Positions 52,701-64,000 of a stretch of 64,000 bases of DNA are shown one piece after another. The notes below the pieces were generated by a model, which saw only the letters and a list, made by a program, of their open reading frames with translations, made no database searches and had not been told where the DNA came from. Numbering within the stretch: position 1 is the first letter of the stretch; every line of letters begins with the position of its first letter. The DNA comes from Catajapyx aquilonaris (lineage: Eukaryota): NCBI GenBank assembly GCA_000934665.2, contig KZ538303.1, positions 1-64,000 on the forward strand, given 5' to 3'. Both the position numbers and the translations under genes were made by a program.

Positions 52701-55700
52701 ATGATCAGAGAATGATGCTCAATGTACACTGCTTCACGTAGTCTCTCGATCCAGGTTGAAACCAGCAAATTCCATTAACGACTTCATGTCTGGAGGTCTC
52801 GAATTAAGGATCAGGAGGAAAAAAAAACAACGAATTTTCCGATCAGCACATGTTGTTAAGACGATGCCTGACATGTGCCATACCGCTGTACCGGCAAAAA
52901 GAAACTCGTGCAGGCAAAAACCGGTCCAGTAAGCGACGTTGAAGCAGTATTGATTTACACCGCATAATTATAATTACGTAATTTTTTCTAATCTGATTAA
53001 AAGCCCGATTTTCTCCGCTGCAATTAAACAAGTAATAACCAATTTTTTTTTCATCAAGGACGTGGACTATAGTGACACATGAATATCTCAGCGGGAGGGT
53101 CTGATGTCATTAAAATGGCTTGTGCATTACATCATGTAAGACAATGAGAATGTATGAGGGCATCATCATAATATAAGACTTGTTGAATATTTTGTTCGGC
53201 CGGATGAGTCTGGCCGATACCGGTCGTCGGTTTTATTTCCCGCTGTGATTGGTAATAAAACAGGTAATGACCGGGGGACTAATCAGAAGTATATTAACTC
53301 TTCAATTTCCGAACCCTGGTTATTTGCACACACACACAAAAAAGTATTCAGTGTACTAATAAAAGAGCCAATATTTGCCACCCAATTTGATTCAATCGTT
53401 CCGACTTTTTTAGGGACAAAAATTGATTTGTACACATATCCATCAACATGATTTTAATCCAGAATTTTCACTGTGCGAAATTCCTGGTTTCCCTGGAGGG
53501 AAAAACGAGAAAATTAGGGCCGAATTATTTGCAAACTAGATGAAGAATTTTGGAGCCAACGTGGTGTGCCCCTTTTTAGCCTACAGTCACATCATAGTCG
53601 CAGCGTCACCAAGGTAGTCTCTAATTAAGGTAGCTTGATGGATGCTAATGACTCGGTGCCTCTTCCTTGCTCTGATTTACAGGGGGCTCTTACAGTTTTC
53701 TGCCTATCTGTTGGAGAAGTGACGCCTTTTGCTAATTGGCAAATTGTAGAAGGATCTTCCCCCCAGTTTTAGTTCCCTGTAATTAAAAACAAGGAACAAG
53801 GAAAGAAGCCATATTTCCCCGCGGAAATCATGACTTTGAGAAAAATAAAATTTGCAACTTTTAACACGCAACTTGCCTGACAGTTTTAAAGCCATAGTTC
53901 AAACAGTGTATCAAGCAGTTACATGTCATCTTTATCAGCGGTAGTGAAAGGCAAACCCCATTCTCATTTTTGTAAAGGTTTATTCGTCACGTACCGACAC
54001 ACAAAAGCCGGTTGGGGGCTTGACACACAAAAAAAACATACGTCGATAATGACGACACGTGAGTGGTGGGCAAGCATGAAAATCTTCACCGAATTTCAAT
54101 GCGACGCATCAATCATATACGTCGCATTCAATATTAGACATCTTGGGAAAAGGTTTTTCTAAGATTTGTTACAGCTCCAGGAGTCGTCATATATTTGCTC
54201 GGGGGCCAGAAACCTATCCTTCTCCTAGATGAGTTTTTTTTGCTTAATTAATATAGCTGGTATGAGAATCCAATTAGTGTAATCCGATAATCTGCTGCTC
54301 AAATATTACGCAGTTAATTTTGTAGTTCATAATAATGTCTTCAAATTTTCCGCGCCTTTTGTAATAACCGGAGGTCACAGTTCCTTGCATACGAATTAAT
54401 TCTTGGGTGGATAGAGTTTCGATGGATTCTCTCCGTGTTCGAGTGGGGTTTCTCGGGGTCCTCCCATTTTCTCCCACAATCAAAATGCACCACAACACTG
54501 GCAAATTACTAAAGTTGTTCATTGAAAATATGATTCTCTAAAAGATCTAAGAATTGCCTAACGTTATTATTATTATTATCAGTTATTAAATTACTGGATG
54601 TCAACTTTTAAGAAGAATAATTATACTGATGTAACTATGAGCTGACTTATGGACATCTGGCATACTTTTTAATAGTAGGTTAGTAGTTGAGTTATAATTA
54701 TTCTGCACATCTTGTGGAAAGTAGTTTGTCTAGTTTTGAGAGACGGGAAAAAAATAGTTGGAGAGAGCCGATGGATACTTGAGAATGAAGCTCGCGCCTT
54801 CATCTCCGTCGTGTCTCCTCGGTCATGATTACTTCATCATGCAAATTCCAAGGGGGGGCTGGGAGGCAACTTGAGTCTGCCTTTCCCCCCCATGTCCCTC
54901 TCTAATAGAAATGCAAATTACTACACTCCATGCCCGCTTTATTCTTCGCCTTAAATTGGCCCAGCTCTTGACGATGGCCGCCAGACTCGGACGCAATCTA
55001 CAACATGGCTTCGTATATTTTTTGCAAAAAAAAAAAATCCGGCTAAAACCAGCAGGTAAATCCGGCTGCAGGATACTGTGAAATCACATTGGGCTAATAA
55101 ACTTCGTCGTTGCGCTTATAATTATATCATGCCGCATGAATAATGACTAGTGGTACTACTACCTCACGCGTGCATTGTTAAAGCTCAATCTCTCGACAGC
55201 AATCCGAGAACTGGCCGGAGGACAATAAAAAAAATAAGTGGGCGTGACAAGTGTCCATTTCCGCTTTTCCACCCACGTTACATATCGTGATGGAACCAGA
55301 TATATTTTGTGCCCGGCTTCAACTGACCTGTCCATTGCTTGACCCCCTCGGTTTTCGCACTTGGGAGATCTCATTTAGGAATCATATGTGGTCATTACAC
55401 CCAGCACTTGCAGTCATGAACATGTTATACGGTGTAAATGCCGGGAAATATATGCTAATTGCCTTCTGCAATGTAATAAAACTGATCATCTACGCAATTA
55501 TTGTAATGCCATTTGCCTGTATGATATTAATTATGGATATATACGACACAAAGGGAGGCCCGCGCAATTGTAATACATTGTAAACAATGAGTATAACTTT
55601 TCAACAGAAAAATGTGGGCGAGGTAATTACGAGTTTTGTGTTTGTCCTGCGCAATATTTTTCTGCAAATATTTAACTGGTATGCTGTTTGCCTTCGCAGG

Positions 55701-58700
55701 CTGCACTGTAATACTATTTTTTAAAAATTAAACTGTACCTTTTATATACTAATACAATGTTTCACAAAGTGTGCTTAAGCAGTGTTTGAATTCCCGCAAA
55801 AAGGGGCCTAATTTACAAAGTCTGCTATTGACATTCTGCAAAATTTTACATTCATGCTATTTTGCACTTTTTAAACCAAAAAATTAGCTTCAGGCTCATT
55901 AATGCGAAATTATATTGCATTTATTTAATTTCTTATTTTTGCAACAATGCTATAAGGTCGGTCAAAATTAATAAACCAACATGGCAGTAAAGATCCTTTA
56001 GATACGCCATTAAATTCTAAGGTCAAGTGAAACATATCCTGAGATTCATAAATTCGTCCAGGGAGCATCCCTCTGTCACATCCAATCTGCGCACGTTTAC
56101 ACATGATGGAAAATCGTAATTTTCCGACCCCCCCAAATTTTCTCCCAAAAACGAGTGAGGAAATCCCTGTGTGCCATTCAGTTTTTCCTCCCACATTATT
56201 CGAGGGTGATATCCAGGTTGGCAAGGTGTCCTTCATAGACCCCCCAAGGAAGAGGCGATAAATTGAGTCAGATTAAACGAGCTGGGCAGGAAGCGTGTTT
56301 AATATTTCAGTGGACCCCCCCTTGGATGGTGTATATAGTGTATAGTATATGCCGCCTGGCCGAGCAAGGTTGTGTTGCCCGGAGGTGCAGCTCAAGGGGC
56401 CGAAGAGGACTCTGGTAACAACCTCCGCTCAGTTGGCCGTCCTTGACTTGGACCCCCCCTCCTTTCCAGCTAATTAAGTCCGGACCATTCCCAATTATTG
56501 TCCACCCATCTCACGGTCAACTCTCTCACTGCAGGTGCTCCTAATATTAGGCCTCTCTAGGTTGGTTTAGCTGGGTTGCCAGGGAAGATATGAGGACACG
56601 TTTTAAGCCATGCCCTTGATTTCGAAAATTATGGAAAAAGAACCAGCAATTATTATTGCACAAGCAAACGTGGAAAGCAGCAGGCCGGTTGCATTAAGTA
56701 CAGTATATCAGGGTTGGAGGATGTCATTAATTTGCTGCTAATTATTACTGCCAACAATGAATAAACATCCGTTTGAATCTGAGATCCCGCATCCGGCCTG
56801 GTGAAACCTCATCTTAATGAGACACTAATAACGCGGAATTAAAAGCAGTTAAGCAAGATTTTGCAAACAGTGTGCAAAGAAGTTGATCAATAAGGAATAT
56901 CAATATCGCCTTATTATTAGGAAACAACTTTAACTTCATAGTTAGAGATCGGTTTTCGCCTGAAAATGAGGGACGTAATTTTCGTGCTAAAAGATGCATT
57001 GTTACCACCTTGGGGAGGGGCCTCTTTTTGATCATAATGTGCCTGGCCAATATTCCAACTCACAGCCCGCGGTATGTTACGGATACACCCCGGTTCCATT
57101 ATAGCATCCATGGGAAAGTCCTGAGCTCGTATATCTATGCAGAAGCGCAGTTAATTTTGCTGGGGGAAGCAAACAATGTATTCATCTGCAGATCGTCCCT
57201 TCGCGTAAAATATAACTGGGAGTTAATTACAGACCTAATTTTTTTTGCAGTCAGCGTCAGGCCGCAACAAACCACTGGCTGGCCGATGAAAGTCAATAAA
57301 CGTAATTAGCGCAGTTCATGTATTATTTTCCTCGCATCCATTGAGCTAAAAGCGTGGAAAAAGCAAGCACATAGCGCAAAAAAACACACACCTTGACCTT
57401 CATAAATTTGCTGCAAAAACTGATAATGTGTTTGGTTTACGTAAAGGTTCTTTCCCCTCTAGGTCTTGCAATGAATTACAAGTGTACAAAAGGGTTACCT
57501 TGAATAACTCGCCGCAAATTTTTTTTTCCCAGACTCCTCTCAGGTGGTCACACGTGACTGTGTGATGATTGGATCGAGTAAATTTAAACGTGACGACACA
57601 GGACATTGCTCTACAACAATGAGCACACATGACCTTGGTTGAATTTGCGTCATCACCTGCAGAGCGATGCATTTTTTCCTCTGTGTGTCACTCACGTTAC
57701 AATTATTCAAGCATGCCTCAGACTGAGAGTACGCTTCAAGGTCAAACTCTGGAGTTTAAACTTCAAAGGCCACGTGTGTGTCTCCCCCATTCAAAAACAT
57801 GTGAACGAGTTTTATTGGAATTTGAAGCAAGTCCCGTTTCACTGTAATTCAATGGATGTTGAACCCGTTCTAATAGAGACGAGTGTCTGATGGCGTGACT
57901 GTAACACTGGACGACTTTTCCCTGAACCATTATAATCCGTTTTTTTCTGCGTGAAATGTAAGAAATACGACCCCCCCCCCCCCTCCAACAAGCTGACATC
58001 GATCACAGTCCTAAGCCAACAAAAGGAACCCCAGACAGACTAAAAAAAGAGGACAGAATATATACACATTAGTGTTTCCTGGCAGCTTCCTGGCAGAGGA
58101 AGTCACGAGTACAAATTCGCGGGGCAAATGAAGGCAAAAATGTCTTCAGCTCTCGAGTCCAACAATTTCGCAATGTCAACACCACTCGCATACTAACGAG
58201 ACTAACATTATCACTCGTTAAAGGATAAGATATACCGGGCTCGTTTTTTTGTTGTAAAATATTTAAAAAAAAATTGCAGTTATTTGTGCCATTGTTATTA
58301 TTGTCATATTTTTAAAAAAATCTTCAGTAAAATTTGGATGGGAATGGCCACCAGCTTTGGCTGCATGTCCTAGCTCATTCGTTATGCGTGTTAGAGGCGA
58401 AAAAGAGACGTAAATAAATGCAGGGTGTCACATCGCGTTCATTCCCACGTCAATCCTGCCAGACAACCCGCGATTACACCCATATTTCACAGCCTCGGGG
58501 TCCTTCCCCAATATTGCCTTTCACCTATAACATCGTCCTTGTCGAACTATAAAAATATTGTTTTTTTTGCAAAAAAAAAAAACCGCAAGAAAATAGGACG
58601 GCCATGAACCTTAATCACGGAGGAAGCCTAACGAAAGCGGATTAATTATGCAGCCTTAGTTACTCTTATTAGATGTCCACTTTTAATCAGCAGTCTGCGG

Positions 58701-60330
58701 CACAATATTTCATTAGCCCGACGGAATTCTTGCAACGTCAATTACGATTTAATCATACTTGCAAAAAAGGTGCAGTTCCCGTCTCTTGACCTGAAGACCG
58801 ACTAGTCATCAGCCAATACTATTTTTTTTTTCATAGAGAGAGGTCGGTCCTTTCCATCGATTTTAATTAGTTTAACGCCAGGTTTAATTAGGAGGGGCTT
58901 GGAGCAACACCGCGTGATGAGTAATTCCCAGAGCCCCCTGTCATTCACCACACTTGGCTTGCGAATAGTTGCGGCCATCAACAGATTTCCCATTTTGTGT
59001 GGACATTAACTTTCTGTCAACAACTGACGTCAGGGCGGGGGTAAGTCGTAACAAAACTCGCCCCCCCAAAAAATGATACAATTTTGCATTTTCATTACTG
59101 CGAGCACCCGGGTTTACGTTCAATTATTCAGGGCCAACTGCGCAATCTTTTCCGCCAATAAAAAAAGGGGGAGCTCGATCTGTAGCTGGGGCCATAACCT
59201 TTTTTTTTTTTCGGAAGGGGGTGAGGGCCATTGCCAATGTTAGTTGACTTTGCAATGCGGTTTTGCGAAACTGTCCTTTCCACCACAGGACCTTTTTCGC
59301 GTATTGATCTTGACTGTAGGATGTCATCCAGATGTTACCTACACGCATGGACTGCTAATATTATCAACTGAATATTTCATGGTGGAAGAGACAGGGTATA
59401 GGTTTTGCAGATACCAATTTTCAGGAGGCCAAAGTTCAGACTGATGCAATTTTTTTGTTTAAATTCTCATAAAATTATTCAAGGAGGTGAATATCCTGCT
59501 GTTAAAATCCAGATTGATGATAACGGTGGATTTGGTAGAATCTACCTGGCTTTGAAACTCACCGAGAGACTCATTAAACCTTCATTATCTCCGAATCCTG
59601 CAGCGCTACGAAAAGCCCAAGGAAAAAGAGTCTAGTGCACAAATTGCAACTCTCTTATTTTTGCAAGCATCCATTAGCCTCGTTTGTTGCGTCACATTTC
59701 GTTTCCTTTATATATTTTTTTTGTCAAAGTAGGCTTTCTTTGTCTCGTGTTTCTATTCGGCCCACGCAGGCGACAACCGTATATTTTTAGACTGACCTTT
59801 TTATCCTGTTCGCATGTATCCGAAGGAGGTCAGACCCCATTCCAGCAGTCTTTGTAAACGACACAGATCAGTTTAAATCAATCTGAATTCCCCCCCCCCC
59901 CTTTTTGTTGTTGTTGTATTGTTCCGAAAGGATCAGCTGCAAGAAAAGCCCAATTCCAAGCCCTGTCGAGACGAATGGATTCCCTCATTTCGTAGCTTCA
60001 GGACCTGAATAGGAAAAAAAGAAGCCATGTACTGTACACTCTATACAGTAACGTTCAAGCTGTGGCAAAAGTCGTCAATCATGATTGCCATCTTTAATTA
60101 AATGAACAACCCTTTTTGAGTACACTGGCTGATAATAGCACGTCGGATAATGAGGTCCAGACGCAGCCAGATAATGCCAGTACAGTAAACCTTGCTCACT
60201 CCGGGAAGTTCTATAGAAGCCATACTCTATAATATATACTAGGTATGATGGAAAAGTAGACGACATTTCAAATATTTTGCCACATAAAATATATTTCCTT
60301 CTTTATAACAGATAATACGCATCATACTTA

Positions 60331-60540
60331 CTCTCCATATATTATTTTGCGTAATTTTTGCTAGTTTTTCTCTTAAAAATAATTCGTATGGCAAAACCCA
60401 ATTTTAGTATCAAAATATTTGAAATGTCACGTATTTTCTCTCTAAATTATTTTGCGTAATTTGTGCTAATTTTTCTATTGAAAATCTTGCGTATGGTAAA
60501 AACCAATTTAATGTCAAAATTTCCTTCAAATTTTTTGCGT
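60331..60540. repeat. Diverged tandem duplication, period ~105 bp
   Basis: ATTATTTTGCGTAATTT..GCTA.TTTTTCT...CGTATGG.AAAA.CCAATTT...TCAAAAT occurs at 60341 and again at 60446. Confidence 0.85.
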
Positions 60541-62720
60541 TCGCAAATTGCATCATAAGACCTTGCGTGCAGCTAATTTTTTGGGGGGAAAAATTCGCGG
60601 ATGTTCGCTGTTTCCTGCGGTTATTCATTGTATCTGCCCCTCTTCTCATCGGCGTGCCTCATCAGGTAGTATGTAGCCCTGGATTTCAATTTTGAAAAGT
60701 GCAATGAATTCCCCGAGTCCGCACATGCTCGGTTTCCTGCGTTGCTTACATGAGCAGGCACTCACACCAGGCTCATTACACGCATATTAAACTTTTTTTT
60801 AAAACATCCGACCAATTATGCGGAACGACCAATATTCTCATCAAAAAATTTCTTATAGATTGCCCGTTACCGCCTCAAAAAGTGCTATCCACCAAGTAAA
60901 ATATAAAAAAACAGACCGAATTAACAGTAGCGGCACGCTTTTGATTGCGTCACAACATAAAACAGGTCGTCAGGACCCATTAATCGATAGGCGGGCATGG
61001 AAAAAAGAGGGGAGCTGCAGAGAGACCCCCTCAACTTTTTGGACAGGGTGCAACACGCGTTCTCGTACAAAATTCGAGGTCAAGGTTAATCCTGGGGCCT
61101 GTACAACCATTGGTTTGCACAGGGGCCTTCTAATCTAATTACTTCCGACCTCTCTCTGTGTACCCCACAGGCGTTTCCGCTTTAAAAAAAAATCGTACAG
61201 TGCCCGTCTCAGCCGTATGGTATAAAAATGTGCAGTGACCTTAATTGCAGTAGACCGCATTGTGCCGTAATTAACCAAAAATAGTGATAAATTTGGCTAA
61301 TATATTGCGACTTACTAAAACTCCCCAGTGATTCGAATTCAATCTGAATGAAGTAGCAAGAAAATCAGAGTAAGTTCTCAGTTCGTTTTTTTTTTTTTTG
61401 AAGGTATTATTCTAGTGCATCGCCTGAGTCACGCATTGGCTGACCATTTTGGCGATCGACCTGCATCCAACTTTGGCGGAAGGGGAAGGGAAAGGTGCCC
61501 TTGAACCGAAAGAAACATCGTACGACTCTGACTACATCTGGAGCAATTTGTTTACACCTATTCGCCCAATGAATTGGGCAAAATAAAAATGTGGCTTGCC
61601 ATTTATTTTGGCGCACACAACCGCAGTAGTTGATCTGTTCAAACGGACCGAATCAATATAATAGTACTGGTTACAGTATATTTGAGGGAGCTTACCGAAA
61701 CATGTTGTGCCAAGGTCAGGTCTGATTCGGATAGTATTCATTCACCGACAGTACGAACTAGTGAGCAAGCTTATACGCGGTATAAAAATAGGCTGAGCCC
61801 ACTCGAACACTGTACACTGTTATCAACCCAGCTGAATCTTTGAACAAGGACAAGTTCATAACTAGGGTATAAACAAAAATTACTCGAGTTGCAATGATTA
61901 TTTTAAAAACATTTAGACGCTTTTTTTGGGGCCGAAAAGATAGTTCCTCTGCATAGTTTCCTTCTATAGATTTTACTCTATCACGTTACGTTAGGCCCTC
62001 AATGTGACAGAGAGCTAAAAAAAATTGGGGACGTCTAAAATTGAAACCAATCTTCGTGCGGTGCTTCCATTCCTACAACCCATCCAAAAAAAAAAAAAAA
62101 AGAAAAGAAACCATCTTTGTGCTGCTCGTTCCATCAATACTCTTTTTTACAGGGAGTTCCAAAAAAGAATCCTGGCGAATTTCTCTGAAGAAATCGAAAG
62201 TACCAATAGAACCAAGAAGCATAAAAAATGGCGTGGGCGTAGAATATACTGTATAAAATTGGTTCAGATGAAGTTGCTGACTTTTCCATTTTTGCTACTC
62301 ATGCAGTGAATATGAGCCTAATGTTAGAATCTCCTAGTACTTTCGATACCTATAAATATTAATAACGAAATGAATTGCTTAATATTATTTTACAATCACT
62401 GGAAACTGGAGGCGAAACTGATATTAAATTATATCCCTCAAATGAATCAAAAACTCATAAATCAACCAGAAGCTTTTCGTCTTAAAATTGAACAAGGATC
62501 TTGAATCTGACATTTTTGGAGCACCCTGCAAAGTTGAGATGCGGTTGGTTTCAACGTCTCCAAAAAAAATCGGTATTGATCTAGTAGCTCCCCCGCCTCT
62601 TTTCTTTATTTTTAAATATTCGGTTCCGGACTCCCCCTATATCTGAATATTCGAATCACACACGTAGCTTTGTGTCGCTTCAAACTATAAATAGAGCCGC
62701 ACATTCCCCCCCCCCCCCCC

Positions 62721-62735
62721 NNNNNNNNNNNNNNN
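62721..62735. other. Assembly gap (15 N)
   Basis: N run immediately after a poly-C tract. Confidence 0.99.
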
Positions 62736-63693
62736 ATTGCCTGTTTTGGTTCAAGTGTTACGCCAATTCTCGCAAGTAGATAATGTCATCATTTATAACT
62801 GCTCTCGTACTAATGCGAACATTATGTGACCATCCATCACACGAAACCTTTTGAGTGGCTTCCTTTTTCCGGCACGAAAATATCGATGCCCAACTATATA
62901 ACAATAAGAGTTAATGATTTTTCTTCGTCTTCTTCTGTTTTATAAAGGTTGAGATGCCACGTGCTGTCATTATCTTCCGGTTATACAATCTTCGTCACGA
63001 GGCTTGGTAATTGCTGCTGGCATTATTAAAGGATCCTCTTAATCACGTATGCAAGATTTCCTAGCGTCTAACTATTCAAGGATCGATCTATGCAAACGAT
63101 GAAAAGCTGGTGGAGGTTGCTAATGTGTGTTTTAGAAACATTTAAAAGGTATTAAGGCACACGCAATTTGCCGCCTGAACTCGGTTTAACTGCATTCGGA
63201 ATTGCTGGATGTGCTTTAGTTTTCCCCGGAGGAAGCAATTGGCTTCATGACTTTCCATCAGTGCGCTGGGTGGAAAAAAAAGAAGAATCTGCAATTGTCC
63301 GTGTAGAGTCAGTCACGAAGCAGCCCAATGCAATTCCGAGTAGAGTGGCTTCTCCTCTTTCCCAGGGAGCGATCAATTACCATATTGCCCCCGCCTCTGT
63401 ACCTTCATGATAGGTCAAACTCTGCTACTTTGCAGCTGGGAAGTCTGGATAATTCATCAGTGTTCTACTCACTTACCGGCCCGGATTATTACAAACATCA
63501 AGCTCAGAATAGTCAAGGGCGGTAGAAGTGTCATAAGCTGTATCCGCTGTAAAACTTTGTCTTTTTTGTGTGTCAGCAGTATGTTCTAGTGAAAATAATG
63601 AACCGCCTTGTTTGTAGCCCAGAAATCGATGCTAGTTCCGACATAAAAACGGTATACCTTCGGGGGGGAAGGAGCATCTTTTTATAAACTGCA

Positions 63694-63925
63694 CAGGGTG
63701 TCCCAGATGCATCGACCGATATTGGTTACAAAAAAAAATTGTGATGCAATTTTTTCAACTCCCACGCTTTAGATCTGGTCTGAAATGTCAGCAAAATGTA
63801 GCCACTAACCACAGTAAATAGATCTGATTTTTGCTGGATTTTGTTGGATCCAACAATGTGTCAGTGTTCAACTACCCTGAACTTGTCGGATTTCAACCGA
63901 CTAATTATGGGTCGATGCTATGGGA
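63694..63925. mobile_element. Degenerate mariner-type MITE relic
   Basis: It starts CAGGGTGTCCCAGATGCATCGACC. GGTCGATGCTATGGGA at 63910-63925 is an imperfect inverted copy of the inner part of that end, and the outer right end is missing. Confidence 0.4.
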
Positions 63926-64000
63926 TGGAGAGAGCAATTTATCAAGTCATGCATAGAATGAAGCAGAAGTACTTGGCAGCCATCATCATCCTCTCTCCTG

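Larger units (their letters stand above)
46787..64000 (+). other. Probable large intron of the Octbeta3R-like gene (>17 kb, runs off the window)
   Basis: It begins with GTGAGG, and the ORF track shows no downstream ORF with KAARTLG, CWLPFF or NPxxY. Small ICL3 exons cannot be excluded. Confidence 0.65.

Overview
Eukaryotic, most likely arthropod, genomic DNA that is mostly non-coding. The arthropod call is inferred from the octopamine receptors and TTAGG-type repeats; the species cannot be identified from sequence alone. The window holds two tandem + strand beta-adrenergic-like octopamine receptor genes. One is a complete Octbeta2R-like GPCR in a single coding exon (12084-13415). The other is the first coding exon (N-terminus to ICL3, TM1-5) of an Octbeta3R-like gene (45895-46786), whose TM6-7 exon is not found in the remaining 17 kb. 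The window also has an internally deleted D34D mariner with intact TIRs and TA target duplications (4785-5711) and four independent long fold-back inverted repeats. Smaller features are CCTAA/TTAGG telomere-like tracts, MITE-like relics, a GC-box minisatellite, an (AGT)19 microsatellite and two assembly gaps. No prokaryotic-type system, CRISPR array, rRNA or tRNA was recognised. I found no clearly new biological system. The best leads are the receptor-cluster architecture (split versus unsplit gene, possible truncated or chimeric isoforms, uORF control) and the recurrent fold-back rearrangements.
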